Below are positions 22,174 to 31,320 of a stretch of 64,000 bases of DNA, piece by piece (position 1 is the first letter of the stretch; every line of letters begins with the position of its first letter). Below the pieces are notes generated by a model, which was not told the origin of the DNA, made no database searches, and was given only the letters and a program-made list of their open reading frames with translations. The position numbers and the translations under genes were made by a program. Source of the stretch: a bacterium (GTDB lineage: Bacteria; UBA8248); the NCBI GenBank assembly GCA_965221165.1, contig CBDCRP010000003.1:1280001-1344000 (forward strand), in the 5' to 3' direction.

Positions 22174-22719
22174 ATGAAAAAACAAGCCGTTTGGAGAAGC
22201 CTGGCCGTTCTGGTGGTCGCGGGCGCGCTCGTTACGGGCTGCGCGGACGACCAGATGATGGGCAAGGTGAAGAAAGCGATGACGGGCATGAAAGACAAGA
22301 TGATGGGCAAGAAAAAGATGATGAAGGGCGATGACCCCGCCGTCACGGCGCGCAGGAAGCTCATGCGCGGCATCGGCGCCGACATGAAGCGCCTGAAAAC
22401 CGCGATGAAACAAGGCAGCGGCTGGGTGGTCGAAGAACAAGTGCGCCAGGCCGCCGGGGACATGTACAAGAGGGCCTCCAAGATCAAAAAGGCGTTCCAG
22501 AAAAACACCCTGGCCGGCAAGACGACCTCGACCGCCGCCATCTGGAAGAACAAGGCGAAATTCGACCTCATCGCGGACGGTCTGGCCGCGAACGCCGCCG
22601 TTTTGGCGCAAATCCACTACAAGGGCGGCCCGGCGGCCATCAAGAAAGCAGTGGGCCTCATCGGCAGGCAATGCGGAAGATGCCACAAGTCGTTCAGGAA
22701 GAAGAAGAAAAAGAAGTAG
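22174..22719 (+). CDS. Class II cytochrome c (cytochrome c'-like), predicted lipoprotein
   Basis: Lipobox LVTGC, AR..LM, AIW...F and C-terminal CGRCHKSFR. Confidence 0.85.
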   Translation: MKKQAVWRSLAVLVVAGALVTGCADDQMMGKVKKAMTGMKDKMMGKKKMMKGDDPAVTARRKLMRGIGADMKRLKTAMKQGSGWVVEEQVRQAAGDMYKRASKIKKAFQKNTLAGKTTSTAAIWKNKAKFDLIADGLAANAAVLAQIHYKGGPAAIKKAVGLIGRQCGRCHKSFRKKKKKK

Positions 22720-22739
22720 CGACGTCTCAGAATCAAGGG

Positions 22740-22773
22740 AAACCCCGGCGCGCTTCGCCGGGGTTTTCTTTTT
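22740..22773 (+). terminator. Intrinsic terminator
   Basis: AAACCCCGGCG-CGCTT-CGCCGGGGTTT followed by a T-tract. Confidence 0.85.
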
Positions 22774-22809
22774 TCGCGTATGCAATGAATTTCTCATCCG
22801 TAGGGACGA

Positions 22810-23098
22810 GAATCACTCCCCCCCGTGAGGATCAAACCCGACCGGGGAGACAAGAAAAATCACTCCCCCCTTGAGGGGGAGTGATTTCAGACCATTGAAG
22901 GAGAAAATTACGCCGTCATTCCGGCGTATGCCGGAATCTAGGCGGACGAGAAATTCATCTGTTCTGGATTCCGGCTTTCGCCGGAATGACGGTGCTTGCA
23001 AGGAGGCGATAGACTCCTAGGGGTGAAACCATGTGCCCACCCGCCTCTACATCTCAAATGACAATGCCAGGTGGCGAATATAAATGTCCGACCCTACG
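22810..23098. repeat. Palindromic repeat cluster
   Basis: AATCACTCCCCCC hairpin at about 22859-22888, a MITE-like end near 22831, an inverted ATTCCG-N8-CGGAAT pair at 22914-22991 and a degenerate REP. Confidence 0.7.
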
Positions 23099-23112
23099 AA
23101 ACCTTTCGCGTG

Positions 23113-26100
23113 CTATCCCCCGCCCGAGAGGGATTCATTCGCAAGGCGACTCCTCACCTCACCGAGCGGGCCGCTGTCGGCCACCAGACCATCACGGTAG
23201 AGGATGACGTCGCGCGATCTGGCCGAAATCTTGGGTCCCGGCGCGATGACGCCCACCAGATTCATCGGGTCGCTCGCGTGAACGATGGTGGGCTTGCCAC
23301 GAGCCGGAATGCGTCTTACGACGCGCAGGGCTTCCACCGCTTCGGGCAGGGCGAACTGCTCGCCCATGAAGCCCGAGACGAAACGCCCGCCGCGAACCTC
23401 ACCCCTGGCTTCGAGGCGTCTGAATACGCGCACCATTTCACGCCAGCGCGGGGCGGCCGACTCGCGCACGGCCAGTTCGCGGAGCACGACGCCGTAGCGT
23501 TTGAGCAACTGTCGCGCATGGGCCTCGCGCCCGGCCTCCTCATCGAGCGGGACGTCCGCGCTCCCCCAAAGCGACCAGCGGCCCACGGGCATGAAGCGTT
23601 TTTTCGCCTCACGCGATATGGCCCTCCCGCCCGGCAGGGCGCGCAGCCGCCGCTCGCCCTTTTTCTTTTCCTTAGCGCTCGCTATCAGGGCCCTGAGCCC
23701 CGCCACGCCGTCGCCCGTCACCAGACCGCGCGCGACCAGTTCCCAAAGCGCCTCTTCGGCCTCGGTTCGCAGCCTGCCCGTCGCCGCCGTAATGTCGGCC
23801 AGAAAAGAGGCGCCCCTGTCCTTTAGAAAATCGAGTATCTCACACGCTGCGAGAGAGAGATTCCCCCGCCACGCATCTTCGGTTTCGCGTGGTTTCAGGA
23901 ACAGCCCCACCTCCTCTCTCAACAGAAAGGCCAGAAGGGCCCGGCGCGAAGGCTGCGCCTTCTGGGTCCCTCTGGATCGGCTCCCGCTCTCCGGAATATC
24001 GAGCGGCTCGGGCGGAGCGCCCGGTCGCAGGCGTCCCCACGCGACGAGGCCTGAGAGGCAAAGCGCCTCCAGATCGGCTGCGTCGTAGTTCTTGATTCGC
24101 GCGGGAAGAATCTGCTCCTCCCAGGCGGGCGCGGGAAGCTCCAACCCCTGAAGCCGGCGAATCACCTCCAAAACGCCGTCGCGCCCGTGCAGCATGGCGT
24201 CCTCGTGCACGTGCTGCCACCTGAGCAGATAGCGAATAAGGTCCGCCGCCGTCACGGGTTCTATCTCGCGTCTCAGCTTGCCCAGCGTCATGCGGTGGAT
24301 ACGGGCCAACAATACGCGATCGCACCACTCGACTTCGGCCTCGGGCGTGAGGCGGGCAAAGCGGCCCCGCAGAACCGCTCCCTCTCCTTCCAAGGCGGCC
24401 AGGGCGATATTGACGTCCGGCAGCGCGAGGCCGACCCGCGAGGCGATCTCACTCGCCGTTACGGGGCCTAAGCCCTCCATCCAGCCCCGGACGAGAGCGA
24501 GGGCCGCCTCATCCTGCGCGGGCGTTTTACCCCCATCTCCCTGAAAGGGAATTTCGCTCGGTGTGAGCTTAATGCCCGGGATCGCCGCGCGTACAAGCGC
24601 CATTCTCTCCGCCGGAACCCAGCCTTCCCGTTCGACGCCCTCTACCCCCCAGACCGCTTTCGCCAGGCGGTTTCTGGCGAGTAGTTCGTCGGCCCAGGCG
24701 GACCATTCACCGGCTTTTTCCACCGGCAGCACGCACAGGGAGAGCAGCGCATCGTGCAGCTCATCCGCGTCGCGCGGAGCCAGCCAGGCTTGTTCACGCA
24801 CCTCCTCGATGACGTCCGGATCGAGGCGGGCGCTTTCGGCGTCATCGGGTAGGGCGCGCCTGAGCGGCACGGCGCGCGAGCGGCGCTCCTCCAAAGGCGC
24901 GTCGTCGATGAAGGCGTAGGGGTTCGCGTTCAGTATCTCGTGCGACATGGGCGAGGGCGCGGGCGTCTCCACACCGAAGGTTTTAATCTTTCCGCTTTCG
25001 ACCTCGGCGATGAGCACTCTTAGATTTTCGATGTCCATCGCCTCGGTGAGGCAGTTTTCCACCGTCTCGTTCACCAGAGGATGGTCGGGAGGCTCGATGG
25101 GGCCGTGGTGGTTGTCCTGGCAGGCGAGTTGAGCCGGGAAGACGGCGGCAAGCAAATCCTCCGCGCGCATGCGCTGAATCGCGACCGGCACCTTCTTTCC
25201 CCCGCTGTGCCTCGGCAGGGCGAGGGCGCGCGTGGCGTTCCAGCGCCAGCGGTTGGTGAACATGGGTGATTGCAGGGCGGACTGGAGCATGTCCTTTTTG
25301 AGCGAAGCCAGGCGCGCGAAGCCGAAAATGGATTCGAGCGGGAAGCTGTGCTGGGTTGAGAGTGAGAGCACGATGCCGTCGTCCGTCGCGGCGGCCTGGA
25401 GTTCGAAATCGAACGTGAGGCAAAAGCGCTTTCTGAGCGTATGGCCCCACGCCCGGTTGATGCGTCCGCCGAAGGGCGAGTGAATCACGAGTTGCATGCC
25501 GCCCGCCTCGTCGAAAAACCGCTCGGCCACGATCTCGCCCTGCGTGGGCACGCGCCCCAGCACGCGCACGGTCTCACGCACGTAATCCAGAAGCTGCGAC
25601 GCGCCCGCAGGGCAAAGCCCGCATTCGGCGCGCATCCACCGGATCGCCTCGGCAGGCTCCGTGAGACGCCCCGCCAGTTCGGCCCTCAGCGCGGAGACGG
25701 CTTCCGAGAGTTCCGCCGTGCGCGAGGGCACCTCGCCCAGCCAGAAGGGAATGTTCGGCGGAAGCCCCTGCGCGTCCTCCACGCGCACCTTGTCGCGCTC
25801 CACGCGCTTGACGCGCCAGGAATGGTTGCCGAGCAGGAAGATGTCGCCCGCGTTCGACTCGACCGCGAAATCCTCGTTCACCTTGCCCACGAAGGTCTCA
25901 GCCGGTTGTTCAATCACGTCGTAATCCGCCGTGTCGGGAATCGCGCCGCCCGAGGTGATGGCGCAAAGCCGCGCCCCGCGCCTCGGCCTCAAGAGGGCGT
26001 TCACGCGGTCTCTGTGCAGGTAGGCGGTGCGCCTGCCCCGGCTGGTGGAAATGCCCTCCGAGAGCATTTCGAGCACGTCCTCGAAAACGCCCCGCTCAAG

Positions 26101-27438
26101 CTCCGCGTAAGGCTGCGCCCGCCGGATGAGCGACCACAGCGCCTCTTCTTCGACTTCTTCTTGGGCCGCGACCTCGGCCACCATCTGCTGGGCCAGGATG
26201 TCGAGAGGCACCTGGGGGAAAATGACGCGGTCGAGCGCGCCTCCGCGCACCGAGCGAATCGCGGCGGCGCATTGTAAGAGTTCGTCCCTCGTCATGGGGA
26301 AGACGATTCCCTTGGGCACCGCGCCCTTCCAGTGGCCAGAACGCCCCACGCGCTGCAGCAGGGAGGCGAGCGTTCTCGGCGCGCCCAGATGGCAGACGAG
26401 GTCGACGTGGCCGATGTCGATTCCAAGCTCGAGCGACGCCGTGGCGACGATGGCCGAGAGAGCGCCCGATTTGAGCCTTTCTTCGGCGTCCAGCCTGATT
26501 TTGCGCGACAAGGAGCCGTGGTGCGCGGCCACGCGCCCCTCGCCCAGTCTCGTCGTGAGCTGGTGGGAGACGCGCTCGGCGAGCCGCCGCGTATGGACGA
26601 ACACGATGGTGGTGCGGTGGCTTTCGATGTGGGCGGCCATACGGTCGAACACCTCGGCCCAGTACTCATGCGAGGCGATGGGGCCGATATCCTGATCGGC
26701 CACCTCGACTGTGAGCGCCATCTCCCGCTTGTGGCCCACGTCCACGATTGCGCAATCAGGAGAGCCATCCTGCTTACGCCTTTCCGCGCCGATGAGCAGG
26801 CACGCTATCTCCTCAATCGGTTTTTGCGTGGCGCTCAGGCCGATGCGCTGGAGCCGCGTGCCGCAAAGCGCGTCCAGACGCTCCAGAGAAAGCGCCAAAT
26901 GCGCGCCGCGCTTATCGCCTGCGACCGCGTGTATCTCATCCACGATGACGGCGCGGGCGGTCTCCAATACCTTGCGGCTGCGCTCCGCTGTCAAGAGAAT
27001 GTAGAGCGATTCAGGCGTGGTGATGAGGATGTGGGGGCGCTTTTTGAGCATGAGCCTGCGCTCGCGCGCAGGGGTGTCTCCCGAGCGCACCGCCACGCGA
27101 ATCTCTGGAAGCTCCACGCCCTCTTTTTTGGCGAGCGCGCGGATTTCGCTCAAAGGCTCCTGTAAATTCTTCTGGATATCGTTGCCGAGCGCTTTCAGGG
27201 GGGAGATGTAGACGAGGCGGCATTCATCCTCGAGTTCGCCGGCGAGCGCATCCCGAATCAAGCCGTCGAGCGACCACAAGAAGGCGGCCAGCGTCTTGCC
27301 CGTACCCGTGGGCGCCGCGATGAGCGTGTCGCGCCCGGTGGCGATCTGCGGCCAGCCCGCATCCTGCGGGGCGCTCGGCTCCCCGAATTTCTCGGTGAAC
27401 CAGCGCGCTATCAGCGGATGAAAGGAATGTTTGTTCAT
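23113..27438 (-). CDS. lhr: Lhr family ATP-dependent DEAD/DEAH-box helicase
   Basis: 1441 aa; APTGTGKT, TTPESL, DEIH, LSAT, SLELGID and QRVGRSGH motifs plus an Lhr C-terminus (RGGRFVSGF.GEQFALP). Confidence 0.93.
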   Translation of the reverse strand: MNKHSFHPLIARWFTEKFGEPSAPQDAGWPQIATGRDTLIAAPTGTGKTLAAFLWSLDGLIRDALAGELEDECRLVYISPLKALGNDIQKNLQEPLSEIRALAKKEGVELPEIRVAVRSGDTPARERRLMLKKRPHILITTPESLYILLTAERSRKVLETARAVIVDEIHAVAGDKRGAHLALSLERLDALCGTRLQRIGLSATQKPIEEIACLLIGAERRKQDGSPDCAIVDVGHKREMALTVEVADQDIGPIASHEYWAEVFDRMAAHIESHRTTIVFVHTRRLAERVSHQLTTRLGEGRVAAHHGSLSRKIRLDAEERLKSGALSAIVATASLELGIDIGHVDLVCHLGAPRTLASLLQRVGRSGHWKGAVPKGIVFPMTRDELLQCAAAIRSVRGGALDRVIFPQVPLDILAQQMVAEVAAQEEVEEEALWSLIRRAQPYAELERGVFEDVLEMLSEGISTSRGRRTAYLHRDRVNALLRPRRGARLCAITSGGAIPDTADYDVIEQPAETFVGKVNEDFAVESNAGDIFLLGNHSWRVKRVERDKVRVEDAQGLPPNIPFWLGEVPSRTAELSEAVSALRAELAGRLTEPAEAIRWMRAECGLCPAGASQLLDYVRETVRVLGRVPTQGEIVAERFFDEAGGMQLVIHSPFGGRINRAWGHTLRKRFCLTFDFELQAAATDDGIVLSLSTQHSFPLESIFGFARLASLKKDMLQSALQSPMFTNRWRWNATRALALPRHSGGKKVPVAIQRMRAEDLLAAVFPAQLACQDNHHGPIEPPDHPLVNETVENCLTEAMDIENLRVLIAEVESGKIKTFGVETPAPSPMSHEILNANPYAFIDDAPLEERRSRAVPLRRALPDDAESARLDPDVIEEVREQAWLAPRDADELHDALLSLCVLPVEKAGEWSAWADELLARNRLAKAVWGVEGVEREGWVPAERMALVRAAIPGIKLTPSEIPFQGDGGKTPAQDEAALALVRGWMEGLGPVTASEIASRVGLALPDVNIALAALEGEGAVLRGRFARLTPEAEVEWCDRVLLARIHRMTLGKLRREIEPVTAADLIRYLLRWQHVHEDAMLHGRDGVLEVIRRLQGLELPAPAWEEQILPARIKNYDAADLEALCLSGLVAWGRLRPGAPPEPLDIPESGSRSRGTQKAQPSRRALLAFLLREEVGLFLKPRETEDAWRGNLSLAACEILDFLKDRGASFLADITAATGRLRTEAEEALWELVARGLVTGDGVAGLRALIASAKEKKKGERRLRALPGGRAISREAKKRFMPVGRWSLWGSADVPLDEEAGREAHARQLLKRYGVVLRELAVRESAAPRWREMVRVFRRLEARGEVRGGRFVSGFMGEQFALPEAVEALRVVRRIPARGKPTIVHASDPMNLVGVIAPGPKISARSRDVILYRDGLVADSGPLGEVRSRLANESLSGGG

Positions 27439-27520
27439 AACGGGGACATTCTACCGCAAACGGGGCCGGATGGAATCCACGCCTTTAAGATGCATCTCTT
27501 TTCAGTCGGTAATGACTCCC

Positions 27521-27903
27521 GTAGTGGCAGCCCCTCCTCGGGGCTGCCCCACAGATCGCGACCTGTCCCTACAAAGCGGCTCCGTCACTTCTCGGCGGGA
27601 ATGACCCACGGATAAAATCACCGTCATTCCGGCGCATGCCGGAATCCAGAACAGGGGAGGATAAAGATATGGCGATGTTCTATTCTCTCTCATTGGCAAG
27701 GCGCAACGGTCAAAGATGAAAGACAAAAGACAAGTTCCCTGGATTCCGGCATGCGCCGGAATGACGATAATCTCTTCGGGGCAGTAGGGTCAGACATATA
27801 TGTCTGCCACCTGCGTGTCCGCCCGCAACAGGAAAACCAAGAACCTGCATACGCGAAAAGGGAAGAAAACAGAAAAAGGGAGGACACACAGGTCCTCCCC
27901 TAC
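27521..27903. repeat. Palindromic repeat cluster (GTAG REP-like and an inverted ATTCCG-N8-CGGAAT pair)
   Basis: 52-bp element at 27521-27572 (also near 29443 and reversed near 21437-21480); inverted pair at 27622-27766; REP at 27784. Confidence 0.75.
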
Positions 27904-27956
27904 AAGATCCCTCTCTGCTCCTTATGCAATGAGTCCAAAACGGCCTCACTCCCCCC

Positions 27957-28886
27957 TCACCCACGCGCATCCCTGAAAAAATCCCGAAGGTCGGCTTCGG
28001 CGCTCTCGAAGGATTTGCGGCCGAGCTGGAATATGCTCTTGAGCTTGCGGGGGTCGTGCTCCATGAAATCCGTCTCATAGGCGCTGTCGGTGAACGACTC
28101 ATCGATGCGCAAGGCTTGAATATCCGGGAAGAACAGCTTCCGCAGCGTCTCCACGGTATTCGAACTCGTTCTCGAAAGCGTCATGAAGGTTTTGATGGGC
28201 CGCACCCCTGCGATGATTCGCGACGTCAACTGCCGTTTTTCCGGATAACTACCCGCTCCGACGCTCAATATACGGATATCCTCACGTGGGACTTCGAGCG
28301 GCCCCAGGGCGTCCGCGATGGCGAAAAGGGTGGGGTTGTTCGCCGTGAACCCGCCATCGAGCGCGGTGCGCTCTTTAAGTTGGGGGGTGGCGATGCGCTT
28401 GTGCTTCAGGAATGGGTGCGCGGCGCATGACGCCATGATCGCATCCGATATTTTGAGGCCCTCGCCCGAGAGGAAACCATCGGGGCCGCCGCCGGCTTGT
28501 TTGACGACTCTTTTGAACACCATGGGGCGATCATGTTCCGCGTGCGTAGCGAGAATTCCGACGTCCATCGTGAAATCCTCAAAAGTTCTCTCGCCATAGA
28601 TTCTTTGGGAGTGCCGCTCAAGCGCCCTCGTTTTGGAGCGCGCGAGCAATGGCCCCAGCACGTCGGGCGCAAGCTCGAAATAGCGATCCGCAATCGTCGG
28701 TTCGACCGGGTCGCCCAGGGCCACCATCGAGGCGATGATGGAACCCGTGCTGACGCCGTAGGCGAGATGGAACACCTCGTGCAGGGGGCGTCCCAGCATG
28801 CGCTCCACCTCGGCCAGCACGCCCAGGGTATAGACCCCGAGCGACCCCCCGCCGTCGAGTGAGAGGATGAAGAAGGGCCGGTTCAT
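27957..28886 (-). CDS. Patatin-like phospholipase
   Basis: LSLDGGGSLG, GVSTG nucleophile and DGGFTANNP motifs. Confidence 0.9.
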   Translation of the reverse strand: MNRPFFILSLDGGGSLGVYTLGVLAEVERMLGRPLHEVFHLAYGVSTGSIIASMVALGDPVEPTIADRYFELAPDVLGPLLARSKTRALERHSQRIYGERTFEDFTMDVGILATHAEHDRPMVFKRVVKQAGGGPDGFLSGEGLKISDAIMASCAAHPFLKHKRIATPQLKERTALDGGFTANNPTLFAIADALGPLEVPREDIRILSVGAGSYPEKRQLTSRIIAGVRPIKTFMTLSRTSSNTVETLRKLFFPDIQALRIDESFTDSAYETDFMEHDPRKLKSIFQLGRKSFESAEADLRDFFRDARG

Positions 28887-29010
28887 CGCCGGTCGTTCCA
28901 CGGAGTGATGCGCGGATTCGGCTGAAAGGGCCTCGTAAATTTTTCCGGGGAATGTGGGTTGTTCATAGGGTCATTCTACCGCAACGGGGCCGGGTTGTAT
29001 CTCTCGGTGT

Positions 29011-29550
29011 GTAGGGGCGGACATATATTTCCGCCACCTGTGTGTCCGCCCTTCGTTCGCGTCGACGTAAGTGTAGGGGACGCATATATGCGTCCCGCGC
29101 AGACGGAGAAGGTATCGGCTTGAAACGACGAACGAAAACCTGCCCGAAAACGGGAGTTCCCCGTAGGGGGGGTTCGCGAACCGCCCCTACAGCGTGTTCT
29201 CAGGTATGATGTATGACGAGGTGGGCACGCAGGCTACCCGAAAAAAGGCGGGTCGCTTATATGCGACTCCTACAACAGTGTTCGCCTTAGGGACAGGCCC
29301 CCGTGTACGCTCTCAAAAGACAGGAAGATTACGAAACCCACACATACATACAGTGCGAAAAACCTCATAAAAAAGGGCGGACACACGGGTGGCAGACATA
29401 TATGTCCGCCCCTACAAAGGTGCATTCTTTTTTCTGAGACCCGTAGTGGCAGCCTCTCCTCGGGGCTGCCCCACAGGTCGCGACCTGTCCCTACAGAAAC
29501 AGCCCCTCCCTTATCGGTCGGCAATCCCTCCCTCATCAGTCGGGATTGAC
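29011..29550. repeat. Large REP-like (GTAG) repeat cluster plus MITE-like end
   Basis: GTAGGGG-palindrome units near 29011, 29074, 29163, 29250, 29375-29414 and 29443; MITE-like arm at 29521-29550 abutting the tatD stop. Confidence 0.8.
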
Positions 29551-31281
29551 CTAATCCATCCGCACGTAATCGTGCGCGCGGAAGGGCACGCCCAACTCCT
29601 CGGTGGCCACCTTCTCGCACGCTTCGATGTCGATGAGGCCGGACATTTTCACCGCCGTCACCTCCACCTCGGGGATGTAGTTCTTTGCCCAGCGAACGAA
29701 CTCCTTCACGGCCGGGTAGGGGTCTTCGATGTCTTTGGTCTTGCATATTTTCGCGTATGCCTCGGGGCTTTCCGCCTGCATGCTGATGGATACCGCATCC
29801 ACGAGGCCGCCGAGTTCGGGAAGAATGTTCCTCTCGTGCGTCTTGTTCGCAAGCCCGTTCGTCACCAGGCGTATCCGCTTCGCCCCCCGCCGCTTGAGCT
29901 CGCCTGCCACCTCCTTCAAGATGTCGAGCCTGAGCGTCGGTTCGCCGAATCCGCTGAAGACGACTTCCTCGAAGCGGGACGGGTCGCCGACGGTAGTGAG
30001 GACTTCCGCCGCGTCGGGTTCACTTTGAAAAGCCAGGTTGTGGCCCTTGTAGACGCAATCGCTCAGAAGACCGCAGAAAAAACACGAATTCTGGCAATCG
30101 TTCGTGATGTTTAGATAGAGCGCCTCGCCGATTTCATAGGCGACGCTTCCCTCGCTGCTCTGCGGCCCCATTCCGAACAGGCGGCGCACGTTCTCCGTGG
30201 TGAGGCGCGTCACTTCCTCTACCGACATCCCGTGGAGTTCCGCGAGTATCTCGGCCACCCGGGCGACGTAAGCCGGTTCGTTCCGTTTGCCGCGATGGGG
30301 CGGGGGGGCGAGATAGGGGCTGTCCGTCTCGAGCAGCACACGCTCTATGGGGATTCGCTCGAAGACTTCCCTGAGTTCTTCCGAGCGCGAAAACGCGATG
30401 GCTCCGCCTGCGCCCAGATGAAAATCGATGTCCAGAAACTTCTTCGCCTGCTCGTCGTCGCCCGTGAAACAGTGGATGACCCCGCCCGCGCGCCACGCTT
30501 TTTCCTCTTCGAGGACCTGGTAGACGTCGTCTGCCGCATCCCGGCAATGGACGACGATGGGCTTGCCCGCCTCGACGGCGACCCTGATCTGCTCTCGAAA
30601 CCACCTGCGCTGGGTCTTGCGCGGGGCGTTGTCCCGGTAGTAGTCGAGGCCGATCTCGCCGATAGCCACCACTTTCGGATTATCCGCGAGGCCGGCGATA
30701 TCCTTGATGGTTCTCTCATCCACGCCCTTGACGTCGCTCGGGTGAACGCCGACCGCCGCATAGACGCCTGCGTAGGACACCGTGAGGTCCAGGGTCTGGC
30801 GGCTCGACTCCAGGCAGGTGCCCATCGAAACGATGTAGTGCACCCCCTCCTCGATGGCGCGCTCCACCACCCCCTGGCGATCCGGATCGAACGCCTTGTC
30901 GACGAGATGCGCGTGGGTGTCCACCAGAACGGGCAGGCCGTTCGTATCGGGAAGTGCGGCGATGATGACTTGCGGCCTGGGCCTTTGCCCCCGCTCCCCG
31001 CGCGGGCGGTTTCCGCCCCTGCGGCCAGGACGACGGCGACGGGAATCGGCATCGGGCGTCTCACGATTTCCCTCGCTCGCGGCGGGTTGCTGCCCACCTT
31101 GCGCGCGCGCGTTCGGTTCGGATTTCCCGGATGTATCCGGCCGTCCAGTAGATTCCGGGCGCTTGCCGCCCCTTCGGCCCCGCCTTCGTCTGCGGCGCTG
31201 GGGGCGTCCCGCTCTTTCGGGACGTCCCGTGGATTCCTTGCCGCCGGATGCGTCCGGCCCGGATTCGGATGCTTCATTCAC
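29551..31281 (-). CDS. tatD: TatD family hydrolase fused to a radical-SAM domain, with Arg-rich N-terminal extension
   Basis: DTHAH, GVHP, IGEIGLDY and LLETDSPY TatD motifs; YLNITNDCQNSCFFC (CxxxCxxC) and VFSGFGEPT radical-SAM motifs. Confidence 0.88.
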   Translation of the reverse strand: MNEASESGPDASGGKESTGRPERAGRPQRRRRRRGRRGGKRPESTGRPDTSGKSEPNARAQGGQQPAASEGNRETPDADSRRRRPGRRGGNRPRGERGQRPRPQVIIAALPDTNGLPVLVDTHAHLVDKAFDPDRQGVVERAIEEGVHYIVSMGTCLESSRQTLDLTVSYAGVYAAVGVHPSDVKGVDERTIKDIAGLADNPKVVAIGEIGLDYYRDNAPRKTQRRWFREQIRVAVEAGKPIVVHCRDAADDVYQVLEEEKAWRAGGVIHCFTGDDEQAKKFLDIDFHLGAGGAIAFSRSEELREVFERIPIERVLLETDSPYLAPPPHRGKRNEPAYVARVAEILAELHGMSVEEVTRLTTENVRRLFGMGPQSSEGSVAYEIGEALYLNITNDCQNSCFFCGLLSDCVYKGHNLAFQSEPDAAEVLTTVGDPSRFEEVVFSGFGEPTLRLDILKEVAGELKRRGAKRIRLVTNGLANKTHERNILPELGGLVDAVSISMQAESPEAYAKICKTKDIEDPYPAVKEFVRWAKNYIPEVEVTAVKMSGLIDIEACEKVATEELGVPFRAHDYVRMD

Positions 31282-31320
31282 TGCATAAACTCCAATCCCC
31301 CTGCGAGGGGCGTCTTTTCT

